In this document: piece by piece, positions 12,672 through 29,796 of the stretch
Position numbering within the stretch: position 1 is the stretch's first letter
Layout of the letters: every line of letters begins with the position of its first letter
From: Hormiphora californensis
Lineage: Eukaryota; Animalia; Ctenophora
Reading direction: 5' to 3'
Assembly (NCBI GenBank): GCA_020137815.1
Contig: CM035352.1
Span: forward strand, 6,820,001-6,884,000
Length of the DNA: 64,000 bases
The notes under the pieces: generated by a model
Told to the model about the DNA's origin: nothing
Database searches by the model: none
What the model saw: only the letters and a program-made list of their open reading frames with translations
Program-made: the position numbers and the translations under genes

Positions 12672-14314
12672 ATCCTGCAGGGAAGGAAAGGGGGTGTTAG
12701 AGGGTGTCATGAGGTGTCAGGTGTGGGGCTAGAGTTTGGGGAAGTAGGGGGAGTCAGGTATGGAAGTAGTATGGGGTACCCTCGATCAGGGGTGTAAAAT
12801 AGGACCCGGTTGGGTTAGAATTGTGGGATTAGGCGCAGACAGATTAGGGAAATGTAGTAGAGATCTATGGGAAGTATAAAATTAAGAAACAGTCATTAAT
12901 TATGATCTGGATCATCCTCTAAAAGTAATTCATCGATAATTTCAGTGGAAAACAGCAGGAAAATTATAGTTACAATCGTCAGGTAAATTGCCAGGTTAAT
13001 TTACGAAATATAAAGCGGTAAATTTAGTCTTGATCTGGTGAAGCCCAACCCTAATATGGTTCACCTAACATTGATTATCGAACCCAAACCCCTGACGGCC
13101 TAACAGTGTTAGTAGTAACACTTCTAAATATGCTACATCATGCATAAACGAAATAAACTGTTTACGAAGTATACTGTTCACAGTGTTAACATAAAGGAAG
13201 CATTTACTGCTCTATCCAATTAGACCTGTCAGGTTAATTAGACCTGTGGCCACTGTGTATTACAATCAAATTAATTAGCTGTAGGTACCTCGCAAAATAA
13301 GGCCAAATGTGTTGTCTTGTTCCGTGTAAAACGTTCACAAATCAATATCAGCTAGTCACTAGTGAGACACACTATATGAGACACCCACAGTGTGGGTCCC
13401 ACAGATACACGACGAACAGATCTGAATAGAAACGATCTGTTTTGAGGTATTTCATATTGAGAGAGACACGTACAATAACCAACCCAAACCAGAGTTCTGC
13501 ACTACCACCCTATTTCATATTATAGAGAGCCAATAAACGTATACACTGTTACCGTACCCTATTTTAAGATTTTATGGACCCTTGTTCTTATACATGCCAT
13601 TACGTGCACATGTTGTATCCCACTCTAATACTACTAGGACCATGTGTAACTGAGACAAATAAAAGATAGGGTGTAATGTACACAAAAAGACTGATAGGAA
13701 CATTTGACACCCTACACCAACATAAAACCTATTTTACACAGCGAGGGCTTGTAGGCTAGGGGGGCAGTGGTCCGCTCACTTTCAAAACATTGAGTTGAGT
13801 CATATATGCTAGCTTTACAAAGATCCTATTTCTACAAATCTAATATCATTTTATCAAAGCGCTGGCAAGCACAGCAGAATTGGGCACGTTGCCAGCCCCT
13901 CTCTAGAGTGTCAATTACACAAACAACAGAAACTAAAATGACGTAAAATGACCAAAGCGAGTGTAATTCGAGTACCAAATATGTATAGCAGTGCAGTGTA
14001 TTGGGTTATACTGATAGGGGCCATGGTGTGCAAGACTATCATGTGAACATGATGGTAGATTAGAGATTCAACTGTCAGACCAATGCTCTGACATAGATTC
14101 AATCTGTTCTTTCAGTTCTATACGGTCATATACAAGCATTTTGAATTTGATGATAAGGTATATAAATTGGAAATTTGTTAAATATCAATGCGCAATCTGC
14201 ACGTTGTATACAGATTCAGATTGCGCATTATCAGCTGTAGACATAGTGACGAAATATCGTCCACACTTCGTGACAAGAAGTGCAGGTATGACATTTCTTT
14301 TTCAGTGTAATGGT

Positions 14315-14351
<37 letters not shown>

Positions 14352-14621
14352 AACATGAATAGCAATGAAGCTCCAGGCTGTCTAAACTGTTGAATTTATG
14401 CAACATATCTTCTCAATTCTTATGATGAGGTAATGCGTTCTAAAACAGCTGATTTATGGGAAAATTAAAACGAAACCCAAAACTGAACAGGGAACGGGGA
14501 CAGGCTGGGGCCTAAAAACCAAAAATTTGCTAGAAAACGGACTAAGAACTGGGCTGTCTGGCGCCACAGACCCCATCTGAGCGCACTGTTCAGAATCAAA
14601 TTGGGGTCTGGCGCCACCAGA

Positions 14622-15185
14622 CAAGAACCGGGGGATATGGGGTGGGGCCTAAAAACCCGAAACTTGATAGAAAATGAACTAAGAACCGGAGGATAATGAT
14701 ATGGGGTGGGACCAAAAAACCCCAAACTTAATAGAAAATGAACTAAGAACCGGAGGATAATGATATGGGGTGGGGCCTAAAAACCCGAAACTTACTAGAA
14801 AATGAACTAAGAACCGGAGGATAATGATATGGGGTGGGGCCTAAAATCCCGAAACTTAATAGAAAATGAACTAAGAACCGGAGGATAATGATATGGGGTT
14901 GGGCCTAAAAACCCGAAACTTAATAGAAAATGAACTAAGAACCGGAGGATAATGATATGGGGTGGGGCCTAAAAACCCGAAACTTAATAGAAAATGAACT
15001 AAGAACCGGAGGATAATGATATAATGGGGTGGGGCCTAAAATCCCGAAACTTAATAGAAAATGAACTAAGAACCGGAGGATAATGATATGGGGTGGGGCC
15101 TAAAAACCCGAAACTTAATAGAAAATGAACTAAGAACCGGAGGATAATGATATGGGGTGGGGCCTAAAAACCCGAAACTTACTAG
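14622..15185. repeat. ~64-bp tandem repeat, about 9 copies
   Basis: aagaaccggaggataatgatatggggtggggcctaaaaacccgaaacttaatagaaaatgaact repeated. Confidence 0.93.
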
Positions 15186-15613
15186 GAAACTTTCGGGAAT
15201 GACGTTATCCATGACGGTGGTGAATTCAGTCTCCATAGCTACGGTGGTGAATTCAGTTTCCATGGTGATGTGTGTTAATCACAATTCGAGTTATATCCAC
15301 ACAATTGAAACAGCCCAGATAGAAACTTTACAAGATACATGAACAAAGAAATGAAATGAAACCCCACTCTCGTGCGTCTAGCAATTATTTTCCCTCATCA
15401 TTCACATTTCTGTTCTGTTCTCTTTCTATCTCTCTATCTCTCTATCTCTCTATCTCTCTATCTCTATATCTCTCTATCTCTATGTCTATCTCTCTATCTC
15501 TCTATCTCTCTCTCTCTCTCTCTCTATATTCCTCTCTATCTCTCTCTCTATCTCTCTCTCTCTATCTCTCTTCTCTCTCTCTCTCTCTCTCCCTCTCTCT
15601 ATCTCTCCCTCTC

Positions 15614-15747
<134 letters not shown>

Positions 15748-16463
15748 TCTCTCGTCTTCCTATTAAGCAGTGGTATAATTGCATGATGATGGGTGAGTCA
15801 AATAATTTATTTGAATCATCACATACATGATTACACTTAGAGCAGCTAAGAGACAAAGAGACAGACAGACAGACATACAGAAAGAAAGACAAACTGATTA
15901 TTTGTTCACTGATCATCATATTAAATGTTCGGTGACATTGACACCTCGTGTGAGCGAGATTGAGCTCGCACTGAGAGTTAGCAATGGTACCAAGACAAAT
16001 GCATGCAGTGGCGACATGCGACAGCCGATAACAGTACCTTAGTGACATTTACAATGGCAAGTGGCAACCTAGTAACATTAATAGCTAACAATGAGAACAA
16101 CAACTTTGAAATACCATACTCAACAAGAAATACCGGGAAGATCACGTTTGGAACCAGGGTAAATGTCACGTGTATTGCACGTGTATTGCACGTTTGAGTA
16201 CCTCATGGGGTGTGTTTGTGTACCGGGATCATGTACTGTACTACAATAAGTGCATGTGGTCGAGGAAGGCACGAGCGAAAAATAGTTGGTGAGGTCACAA
16301 ACTCTCTTTATCTCTCTATCTTTCTCTATCCCTCTATCTCTATCTCTCTATCTCTATCCCTCTATCTCTGGGAGGGAAAAGATAGTCTCTTTTCTCATGA
16401 CCCCCTGGCCTTTTGTTAGCTAATACTGATGAGCGACTGGGAACAACAACTGCATCTCCCATC

Positions 16464-16503
<40 letters not shown>

Positions 16504-17019
16504 AAAGACAAAGAAAACAGATTGAGGGGGTTTAAAATGAAAGTACAAAGCACACACATGTTTATAAGGGAACTTGGCCGACAAAGATAAATTCTAAATT
16601 TGGGAAAAGAAGCTCATTGTATAATGTATCAGTTAGGGCGCTGGCAACTAAAGGGAACCATTGAGGGAGAACGTCTATATGGGATCCAGTATATGGGGGA
16701 GAGGGGTGATTGAGAGAGAGGGCGAGCTGTGACCAAATAATACGCAATTTCATCTTACCCTAGATTGTCTCCACAATCCCTTGAAGAGCGGCATCATCCC
16801 TCCCACTGTCTAGATATTGATTTTCGAGGGAGTCACAGTAGGTCAAGAAAGAATTCTCCAATCATAGTGGCCCCCAAAACAAGTAACACACAGGAGAGAA
16901 AGAAACTGCAATCATCATCTTGAACGTCGGATATTATAGTCATATTGTTCTATCGTTCTTTATCTCTCTCTACTTCTCTCTACTTCCCTCTCCCTCTCTC
17001 ACTCCTTCTCTCTCTCTCT

Positions 17020-17118
<99 letters not shown>

Positions 17119-18348
17119 CCTCTCCCCTCTCTCTCCCATTCTCTCTCTCTCTCTCTATCTCTCTTTATTCCACCACTGTTCACTGCCGGTGAGATTAGAT
17201 TGGCTTCAGGTTTTACAAAGTTTTAATACCAGATTGGAGATCTATATATACCACTATACTGCAACACTATTCCGATTAATATAAACACAAAAACACGTTT
17301 CCGAGTAATGGGGTGGATGCAACAAGCGGTCTCTGATCATGACTTTTCTAGGACATTTCTGGTAAGAAAAACAGCATGGCATGACGACCCATCATATCCA
17401 GATCTCCCTAACATTATAATCACCTCCCGCCCCTAATAATCGCCCTCCTTCCATTTCCAGTACACCCATATATCCACTCACTCCCTAATCCCGTTTACCG
17501 CACATTTTTTATTAAATCATGTCAAACTCAATCAAGAGAACACATTAACTTAAATCCAAACTGATGATTCATGTCAAACTTAATCAAGTTAAATCCAAAC
17601 TGATAGTACCTTGAAATGATGGAAGTGGTCCCAGAGAGATTGAAAGTGGCGCTCATTCTCTTCATCACTCTCCCCATCTTGGTTCTGACATTGTTCCTCA
17701 GCAGCGGCCACCAAACCCATTGCCACGGACTTACTCCGACCAAAAGGGTACAAGAACTTCCTCTTCCGCTTCCCGCTCTGGTGAAAACTACAGCTTGCTT
17801 TTCGGCCCTTCATTGCTATGGTAACGACCTTCGCGCGCTGGCAAGGGAGGGGTTATACTTCGTTAGTAACGAATCGTTATCAATTATTGCTGTGGCAATA
17901 CAAGAATAATGAATCAGAACAACAGTTTATATATAGGTAGGTATAAGGTAGGCCAGGTAGGATAAGTAGGTAGTGACATATGAAAAGTGAACAAGAAATT
18001 TAGTGCCCAGGTAGCAATATAATCTGGATAATAAACCTGGATGAAGCCATACAAATGTGGCAAGTTTATGTCGCGGGAGAGATGAAGTTAAAAGAATTGT
18101 ATAATCGAGTCAAACTGTGTCATACGCTTGGCACGTTTCAGTACTACAGTATACCTTCTCTATCTATCCCTAGATCTCTCACCCAGCCATTCCCTCTGTC
18201 AGAGTATTGGCCCGACAGATTCCTGCTTTCACTCTCTAGCATTCAGGTAAAACAATTATCCACTCTAATTATAGCTCATATCTAATAGGTCGTTACATGA
18301 TAACATACATCATTATCGTCCTTTCTAGTACTGAATCAAACAGGAACT

Positions 18349-18545
18349 AACCTCCAAATTGGGCACCTCTCTTGCGCTCACTTTCAAAATCTTCCTCGTT
18401 TTTGCCATATATGCTACGCAGTCTGTTGTTCGAGCGATGAGCCTTCGGCCCAGCCGGTGTGAAAACCGACAGACTGGTACATGTCAATGGATTTTGATAG
18501 TGAGCCCAAGAGGGGTGCGGCGGGGGCGTGCCTAATTTGGAGGTG
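18349..18545. mobile_element. Small MITE-like element with nested inverted repeats
   Basis: acctccaaattgggcac ... gtgcctaatttggaggt termini; inner cttgcgctcact / agtgagcccaag. Confidence 0.45.
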
Positions 18546-18785
18546 AGTAGATATCAACCTCAAAATATACACCTCTCTCATAACATCTACCTCTCACTCA
18601 CTGCAGCATGTAATTACACGCAGATAATATCAAAAACGGGAATCATGGATCCTACGTGCTCAGAATTTAATGGTGGTCTACCCCAACTGTAACTTCTCCA
18701 AAACATTTACTGTAGACAGTGAAGTACAGTGAGAGAGAAAAAGAGAGAGGGAGAGAGAGAGGAGAGAGAGAGAGAGAGAAGAGAG

Positions 18786-18841
<56 letters not shown>

Positions 18842-19180
18842 AGAGAAGAAGGGAGGAGAGGAGAGAGATGAGAGAGAGAGAGAGCGAGAGAGAGAGGAGA
18901 TGAGAGAGATGTAGAGATGAGAGAGAGAGAGAGATAGAGAGATGAGAGAGAGAGGGAGAGGAGGATGAGAGAGAGAGTAGAGAGAGAAAGAGCGAGAGAG
19001 AGAAAGGGCGAGAGAGAAAGAAAGATAGAGAGAGACAATTAACTAGGGTAGGTTAATCAATAGCCTTTCTATTCCGTACAAACTGGATGTGGACAGAGCT
19101 CCCAGACAAGCAATGACAGGAGAAGGATTAACGAGAGTGAGAGAGAGAGATGACGAGAGAGAGAGAGAGAGAAGAGAGAG

Positions 19181-19215
<35 letters not shown>

Positions 19216-19698
19216 TGTGCTAAGCCATCGATATGTCTTACATAAATGATAAAATATTTTCCAGAGTAGATTATTCGGGAGGTGTATTTTGCCATTAGAT
19301 CACTTCTCACACTTGGCTTGACTCTACAGACCTAATACGAACTGCCGCCATAAGTTGGTAACGAAGTTACCCCTCCCTTGCCAGCGAAGTTACCCCTCCC
19401 TTGCCAGCGCGCGAAGGTTATTTTGTAACCAATGGTTGGTTCAAACACAGACTCGAGGGCGAATATGAACTTGAGAGGGGCGAACAAAATATACTATAAT
19501 CTAAATTTAAATTCAACTGCAAAAAACCCTCGAAACTTTGGCAAATGACAGAATGCACCTCTATACGAAGGAGCTGTCAAACCGTGTAAAGTTACAGTAA
19601 AGTTACAGTGTAAACTGCATATATCCAGTGAATGTTGACAGGCTAGGAAGAAGCTGCATGCACTTTAATCGATCTAGATGGAGATAGAGAGAGTGGGG

Positions 19699-19744
<46 letters not shown>

Positions 19745-21743
19745 GGGGAGGTTCAACATAGAAAGTAAACAAAGAATGAGTTACTCAATGCAACTGAGAG
19801 AAGGGATGTAACAAGAGGGAGAAGAGGTTTATATATATATAATGTCTTAATGGGAGACTAAAACAAGGATAGAAACCTCCCACACACACACAGATGCAGA
19901 GGGTAGTATACTAGTAGGAGACAATATATGTGGACTACCTAAATGATCCTTTAGTAATAGTATGAGTTCCCCACATAATCATTACATAGAACCTCTATGT
20001 GTGTCTTTCTAGTAGAAGGACACGCATAACACTATCCCCCCTCACCCATAACATTACGCGTACGCGGCGCCAGACAGATGCACTGCAACTGCAATTCAGA
20101 AAAGCTCTGTGTACCAAGTTGACCTTATACATGGTAAACCCCTAAGGTGCAGGGGTCAATGTTCACAAACCCTCACGGTACCTTTGGGAGGAAAGAAGTG
20201 CGGTCCTCCTTCTTCAGCAAAGCAGGCTCATCATCCCCCTGAAATGATGTTGGTAGTTATAGACAGGACTCAGGAGTTGTTGAGTAACACTGGCAGTTGT
20301 CTCACAAAAGACTGCCTTCTTCGAACAGGGGCAAAAATACCCGTTGAGGAGAGTTACACAGCGTGTGATGTTACAGTCGTCAGTCATTTGGTTACGCGAA
20401 ATCACCCTAATTTCGTTACCAAGTCAGTCAAATATTATATGACAAACTAGACTGACACGTTATATCATAACACTGACCATGTTAGTAGTGACAAACTGAC
20501 AGTATAATATTATTATAATATTATATATTATTAACTGTATTATAATACTACTCACCATGCTGCTCCACCCGGGGAGGATGAATGCAGGACATATTGGGCA
20601 GTATGAGAGGATCCTGGACCACGTTGGGAAACAGGGCATACTGAGTGAGAGAGAGTATCAATCAGGCGACCATGTGGCCTTACTAAAAGTAGGGGCGAAT
20701 TGAATATATTGACTCACTAAAATGGAATGTTTATCATGTTTATGTTTAGAGAAAGTCTGGAATTTAAAGGAAATCTATAATTTGAGTAGCGGCTGATGAG
20801 AACATGATAGTAATATACCACACGGCTAGATCTACTAATAGGAATAATCATGAACCAGTAGCCGGCAGGACTTGGCTAATTAGAGGTATAATTATATCGA
20901 TTACTAATGCCAAGTTCATATTATAATTATGCAGCTCATTAGAGGCGGCTGTAATTCGTACAAAGAGCAATAATCCACGATAAACCACACACTCAGAGTT
21001 GTGTCAAATCTAATCAAACTCAAATACAATCGTAATGCAGCTGCGGGGTCTCCTAGAAGGCTGGTTATGAAGTGCTATTGTTTACAGTGTCAAATCCACA
21101 TTCCACAACCATGGCGCCATGGAAACTATATCGCCTTGACAACGCCTTGACAACCATGGTATGATGCTATTATTGGTGTGGCAGCTAGAATCGCATCTAA
21201 AACAGCTAGTTGATAATGAGGGATTGCTAAGTACAACGTTAATCCCTCCACATTTTTTTAAAAGAGCACTTTATGTCATTTCTACAGCTCTATGATAGTT
21301 GAGATATATATTACATGTGGTTGAATTAGTAAACAACGCGTGTGTTGTAATCACTCTCTTGTAGTCTGCCGCGTTTTTTATAGTCATTATATCCATACAA
21401 TGTATTAGACATATAAAACAAGACCATAATATATTATATTCAATGTGTTGATGTCCGGCAGCAGCTGCTGCAATGTTCTCTGACACAGAACACACACACA
21501 TGCTGCACTAATCACATAATCATGTCATAACGGCCTTGTGTGGATCATGGGTTCGAAAGTAGCGGGGGAGATCCGACTCCGAGATAATATGTGAAACTAC
21601 ACTTTTGTATCTCAATAAAAGACCTAAAATTTCAAACAAAGGACGTGTGCCCTATTATAGTCATAAGACAAATGGAGAACAACTCTTAGCTTGTGTTTAG
21701 AATTTTTTGTGGCACGTGCGTACTAAAGTAGAGATACTCTCAT

Positions 21744-21895
21744 AGGCAAAATGTTACCTACCCGACCAAGACCCTCTCAAAGGCAAAACGTTACCTTTTT
21801 CAAGAACAAGACCCTCTCAAAGGCAAAATGTTACCTACCCGACCAAGACCCTCTCAAAGGCAAAACGTTACCTAACGGACCAAGATCCTCTCAAA
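21744..21895. repeat. ~38-bp tandem repeat, 4 copies
   Basis: ggcaaaatgttacctacccgaccaagaccctctcaaa repeated. Confidence 0.85.
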
Positions 21896-23582
21896 TGTTC
21901 CAGAAATTTAAACCATGAGTCTCTTTCTCTCCCAGGGGAGAGAAAGGGACTCAGCGCCATAGTTGCCACATACCCGGGTTGGTATGGAGGTTTGCTGAGC
22001 GTATCCCATGGTTTAGTGACAAACAAAACAAAACAAACTCTCATAGTTAAAGTAACAATCTCTCCTGTGCAAGCTCTCCTAGTTAAAGTAACAATCTCTC
22101 CTCTGCAAGCTCTCCTATCTTAGCTGGTCTCTTAGCTGAGAGACCAACTAAGATAGGAGTCTCTGAGCTCAGAGGTCATCTTATGACGCTGCTATAATAA
22201 ATAAACAGAGCTGCAAGATAAACTCGAAAGTGGAAGCAGGATATGAAAGAGCTGCAGCGCTTTATTAGATACTACTGTTGTAGAGACAGTGTAGAGACTA
22301 TAAGAGATGGTACTTTAGTGTTAGATCAGACACGTACCCACTACAAACGCTGTGGGATATCATAGCCCAGGCTCTTATACTGCTCTCAGCTCTCTCTTCC
22401 CTTTAGCAGGATGATCCCTGCACTGCTCTCCCCCTCTCCCCTTTTGTTATGTTCTAACCCTCCTTTGCCCGCGAAACACAGTCTAGCTAGGCAACTCCAC
22501 TTATGAGCTCATTAGGTTATGTGGAGACAGCACAATGGAAATGAGAAATACAGGGTGGCCCATAAATTATGAGGGCGGGTTGAGCTGTCGTAGTTTAGAC
22601 CCAGCTCTCTGACCCCTTTCCTACGAACCAACTTACAAAAAAGAGAGTTTTAGAAATTGCACATACCTACAGAATTACAATGCGGAAAAATTTCTTACCA
22701 AGCAAAGATTGGTTCCAGCGACATAATTCTATGTGGCAAAGATATCTGATAATTCCAGGATATGTAGCTACCTATCCGTCGCCAACATGGATATGATATT
22801 AGCTCTAATTGTCCCGTACCTGTAGCAGGAGGATCGTATGTAACAGATCTTATGTAACATATTTTTTATTGGGAATGGGGGTGAGACAGATATTTTCGTT
22901 TTCGCAAGGAACATTGCACACATTTGTTGAGTTACTCAACAAGCACACATCAGCTATGACATGTTACAGTGGCCGCTGACAATGCAACCTGCCAAACCTC
23001 AGCAGTGGGAAGGTGTGACTCATCTGACACGTCCTGGTTCTTAATGGAGACACCAAGAGACCCTGGAAATTCAGGTCCCGCTCTGTTCCTTGCCGGCGCG
23101 CGGAACCATGAGTTTGACAAGCTTCCATGCGCGCGCGTCTTCTCATTAAAAGAATGACATTCGGCAATCGCGTCAGCCGTCAGCTGTCATACAATTTGTG
23201 ACCACAATTTGCCATTTCTTACACTCGTTAGTTGACATGTTCCTCGCCGAAGGCCCGCTGTGAGCTTACGCGAGCCCGAAGTGAAGGTGCCGAACAGACA
23301 GACTGCGTAGCATGGCAACTCATTAGTAGTTGTTCGTACTTTTTTGAATTGTAGTTGAGTCGCCTGACTCAACTAATTCCACATGTTCAGAAAACATCAG
23401 GAATCTATCTGAGGAGAAAATGGCTAATACAGTTGAAACTAAACATTTTGACTTCCACCTCTAGGTGAAACTACTCAGTCTAGCGGCACCAGACCATGTT
23501 TTTCCCAATGGTGAAATGGAAGATGAACGTAGTTAGCTAAATAAATAAAATTTTGACCAAAAACAGAGATATTTGACAGTTA

Positions 23583-23996
<414 letters not shown>

Positions 23997-24349
23997 TCAG
24001 TAGAAGATACAGAGAGTGTAAACTGTTCGGTGTTGAAAATGAGTTGGTTCGGTTGTCCTAGAGGCCACCGGTATATATACTTGTCCTGAGCTGGTGTACT
24101 GCTTCTCTATTGGCTACCGCTAATTGCATGCCTAGAGCCAATAAGGATGCTCCAATTAGGACACGTGGCTAATTAGAGTGGAACATTTCATAAGCTTCAA
24201 TATTACTGGCCAGCTTTCAAAGGGCGCCTTCTCATTGGTTCACTAGTTTCAACGTATCCAACCCTGTATAAATACCGCAAGATTCGAGGTCTGGGCTCAA
24301 TTCGATATCTCAACTCAACTTTCAAGTTCAGCAAGTTCCATCTACAGAC

Positions 24350-24830
24350 ATGTCTGCCGCAACCAAGAAGGCCGCTCCCAAGAAGCCCGCTGAGCATCCT
24401 CAGTACAAGGAGATGATTGCCGCTGCCATCTCTTCTCTTGCCAACCGCTCCGGAAGTTCTAAGGTCGCCATCTCCAAGTACATCTCCGCCAACTACAAGG
24501 TTGGAGACAGGCACGAGTCCCAGCTCAAGTTGGCCCTTCTCCGTGGTCTAAAGTCTGGAGCTCTCGTTAAGAAGACTGGATTGGGATGTGCCGGATCTTT
24601 CAAGTTGGCTGCCGTGGAAAAGAAGCCTGCTGCCAAGAAACCTGCTGCCAAGAAAGCCGCTGCCAAGAAACCTGCTGCCAAGAAGGCCGGTACCCCCAAG
24701 AGAAAGTGCTGGCCAAGTCTCCCCAAGAAGAAGACTGTGTGCCAAGAAAACTACCCCTAAGAAGAAACCTACTGCCGCCAAGAAGAAGCCTACTGCCAAG
24801 AAGGCCACACCCAAGAAGGCAAAGAAATAG
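24350..24830 (+). CDS. H1: Linker histone H1 (indels in the tail region)
   Basis: AEHPQYKEMIAAAI..GSSKVAISKYI..GSFKL globular domain, K/A/P-rich tail, stem-loop at about 24873. Confidence 0.9.
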
Positions 24831-25644
24831 ATCAACATTGATCTCCTTCTGAAGGCATTCCTTCAGAAACAACGGCTTTTTTCAAAGCCAACCAAATTAA
24901 ATAAAGAAATTCTCCAGTCCAGCATACTTGTTGTTTTGTACGCGCGAATAACAGTCTAACTTTTCAACATACTTGAATACATCAACTTTCACCGGGCTTT
25001 CAATATCAGCAAACCTCCATACCAACCCGGGTATGTGGTAAATTTGGCGGTCAACACTAGTCACTTTTCTTAGGGCACAAGGTTTGTGTTTCCACAAGCT
25101 TGGACTCCAACGAGAAATGGGAACAAAGAAAATTAGGGTTATGGTGGACCAGGCAGTCGACAGATGATAGCATCGGGGGGGGGGGGGGTAATATTGGCGG
25201 GAAATCCCGTAATCTTGCAGAACTAAGCACTACAAGAGCGATAGTGCTGGTGCGTGGTTGGGAAATTCAGGGTATTGAGACAGTGACGTACGAACCAACT
25301 CGATCACAACATGATAATCGTGTACGACGTCGTTTCGTCAGCGACCTAATCAGGGACTAATCTCGAATTGCAATGAGTTGATACGAGATACGTGACACGA
25401 CCTAATCTGGGAAACCTAAATCTCGGTTTGAATTAAATGAGCTTTAAATACACTTAAATGACCTGCCCTAAATGTTGAAGTTCTACAAACAATTTTCTAG
25501 GAGCAAACTGCTACTTTTGTCTTGCTTGACCAGATATTGAATGAGATGGAACGATTATATCGCACACGTTTCTTTTGGTTTTTGGGTGGCTTTGAAAAAA
25601 GCCTTTTTGCCGTGTTTCAAAAACACGACGGGAATATCTCCAGT

Positions 25645-26020
<376 letters not shown>

Positions 26021-26321
26021 CTTCAAGTTGATTTGAGTACAGCTGCAGTTATTGTGACCCCCGAATTTCTTGCGGTATTTATACAAGGTCGGATTCTTTG
26101 AAGCTAGTGAACCAATGAGAAGGCCCCCTTTGAAAGCTGGCCAGTAATAGTGAGGCTTATGAAACACTACACTCTCATTGGAGATCCTGTTGTCACGTGT
26201 TCGAATTGGAGCATCCTTATTGGCTCCAGTTATGCAATTAGCGGTAGCCAATGGAGAAGCAGGGTTTTGATATTTAGCCCTCTATTCTATCCGAGTAAGA
26301 GTATATAAACCGGGGCTTCAG

Positions 26322-27879
26322 CCCTCTCTCAGGAGATACATTCCAGATCACAAGGTCCAAAAAATGAGAAAATGAAACAAGGAAATAGGGATTGGGGTGT
26401 GTTCTGTTGGTTAGACAATTGTTAAGGGGGTCCGATCCAGGTATTTTGGGTGTTTCAGGGGTTGGTTGCTTGGGTGAAGTCGGCAATATGGAGGTTCAAT
26501 ATTTTTTGCAAAGACCAAAATTTTCCAAACACCCTTTTCACCTTTAATTCAGCAACCCTGCTCTTTGATCAAAGCCAATACCGTTTTAGAATCGATTAAA
26601 CTTGTCCCTGAGCCCAAAAAATCACCCCCAGAAGCTACCAGAAAAATTTATTTGTGGTAAATTTTGTGTGGTTCCGACATACTGAAAAGTGGAAAAAGTT
26701 ACCATTTGACCAAGTTCCCAACCTTCTGTCCGTACCATTTTTTGTAAAGCTCTGAATTATTGCTTAAGATGGCCCATGCAACCAAAAGTTTTCCCCCAGC
26801 TGTTATAACTTTTGCACAGCAAGCCCCGGTTTTGTGGTTCCGACCAAAACTGTGGTTCCGACCAAACATGTCACACATGAAAACCCCCTGAAAAAGGCTG
26901 TTTACTTTGTGTAAAACCTTATGTAGCCAAATTAACTTATTTAAAACGATTTTTCTTTTTTTCGGGACATTTTGGCCTTTTTTTCGACAAAATCCTCATT
27001 TTTTAGCCAGAGTTATGATTTTAGGCTGCATTCTCTCCTGTTGATTTCCATTGCTATAATTTGATATACGACCACATTAATCCATAAATCACAGCTTCTG
27101 AAGGATTTGATCATTCAAATGGCGATAAAAAGCAGGAAATTCAGTCTTTTTCACTCAAAAAACTATTTCGACCATATAAAATTGGTTGAAATCAAAAGGG
27201 GACCCTCTGAATGGCTTCGCCAAGTATTCAAATACTTACAACAGCTTTTTCAGTCCTTTACAAGCCCTGTAAATGGCGTTGTATACTGAATTTAATACTG
27301 GTCCAAAAAGGGTAGTTGGAAAAAATAAAAAATCTAAATTTTGCCTATTTTCAAACAAAGGTTGCATTTAGATACTCTTTACTTGCTTAATACAGCTATA
27401 CAAAAATAAAGTTCAAAAAAGCAAGAAAAATGCCCGAAAACTGAATTCTGCTGTTTCTCCGACATGTTTCTCCAACATGTTTCTCCGACCAGAGCCTTTG
27501 CGCAAATTGGAGTGCCGCTCACACACAAACCAGATGGTTTTTTCCAGATTCAAACACATTAGGATAATATTTGGACAATTATCTATCGAGTGGTTGTAAA
27601 ATTATTTGCTGTATTGATTGTATTTTCACAGGAATCGGTTGTTTTAAAATATTTGGGGAAATCAGCATGTTCAAAAATGTGGTTCGACCAGCTCTTCAGA
27701 GCCTATATCTCGGTCATTTTTCATCCAAATGTGGCAAATCACATATGGAAAGATGGAGATCATTTTGTACTAGCCTGTAGAAGCTTTAAAATGGCTGAAA
27801 GGCTTTTTGTTTAAAAACTGTAGCGATTCCACGCACAAAATGTGGTTCCGACTTATGCGCGGAATGTATCCTGAGCGGG
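26322..27879. mobile_element. ~1.55-kb non-autonomous DNA transposon inserted into the H2A core promoter
   Basis: Interrupts tatataaaccggggct^..cttacagaactc, which is contiguous in the other H2A copies; imperfect TIRs ccc..ctcagga(ga)tacattcc; internal tgtggttccgac repeats. Confidence 0.7.
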
Positions 27880-27939
27880 GCTTACAGAACTCAATTCCAA
27901 TCTTGAACTCAACAACTCAGTTTTCAACAACTCATCTGA

Positions 27940-28326
<387 letters not shown>

Positions 28327-28917
28327 ATCGTTTCCGACGGTTTACCGCTCGTTTCTCTCAGGGGAAACCGGCAAAACGGTGCTTTTCAGCGCCACCCAAA
28401 TCCAAAAAAGAAACTCTAGCATTGTTACCTACAATCTGTAGAAAAACCGAGTAATCCAATTAGCATCATAGCATGATAATCAATACATAGGCAAGTGGTT
28501 CTTCCATCAAGTTCACACAATGCTTCACTGTAAAATCACACTCGCTGTCTGATTAACTATCTCCTATCACCCCTCCCAGTTTACACTATCCTCCGTACTT
28601 TGTTACGATAATGACGTGTCAGTAGGCAGGCACACGAATTATATGACTGAGAGAATTGAAGTGAGTTTTCCACGTGTATGATTTAAGCGATATATTTGCG
28701 AATTATTGACCGATGGTCTCTGTCAGCCAATGTTCCTATCAAGTAGGCAAACATATGCAAAGGAATCTAAAAAGTCGTTGGATGCAGGCTCTTTTGCGTA
28801 TGTGCAGCCGACTGTATAGATTTGAGGCACAAAGCAAGATAAGTCGCATTATTAAAGGCAGTTGGTTAGGGCTAGTGAGATGAAGAGATGAAGAGAAACC
28901 GTCCCAGTCACCAGATC

Positions 28918-29068
28918 AAATCACATCACCCCACTCATGATCACATCACCCCACTCATGATCACATCACCCCACTCATGATCACATCACCCCACTCATAA
29001 TCAAATCCCTCCACCAAGGATCAAATCACCCCACCAAGGATCAGATAACCCCACCAAGGATCAGATCA
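28918..29068. repeat. ~20-bp minisatellite
   Basis: gatcacatcaccccactcat / gatca..accccaccaag repeated. Confidence 0.8.
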
Positions 29069-29325
29069 CACATAGCACCCAGCAGTTCACTGTGTGTGAT
29101 GTGATCCCCCATACAATAGAGAATGAGCGGGAGTTATAAAGAGAGAAATATGTAACGACAGAGAGAAGTTGAAATAGACATGAAGAGAAAGAAATAGGGA
29201 TAAAGGGAGAGGGTTGCAATGAATTGTCGATTAGTTAATCGGGATTTCTTTGTTTGAGTTGGGTGGCGCTGAAAAGCACCGTTGTCGTTGTTACCGAATG
29301 GCAACAACTTGAGAACACCTAAGAA

Positions 29326-29796
<471 letters not shown>

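Noticed and set aside
14465-15342. ORFs within the 64-bp tandem repeat
   Set aside because: Repeat-derived, with no coding signature
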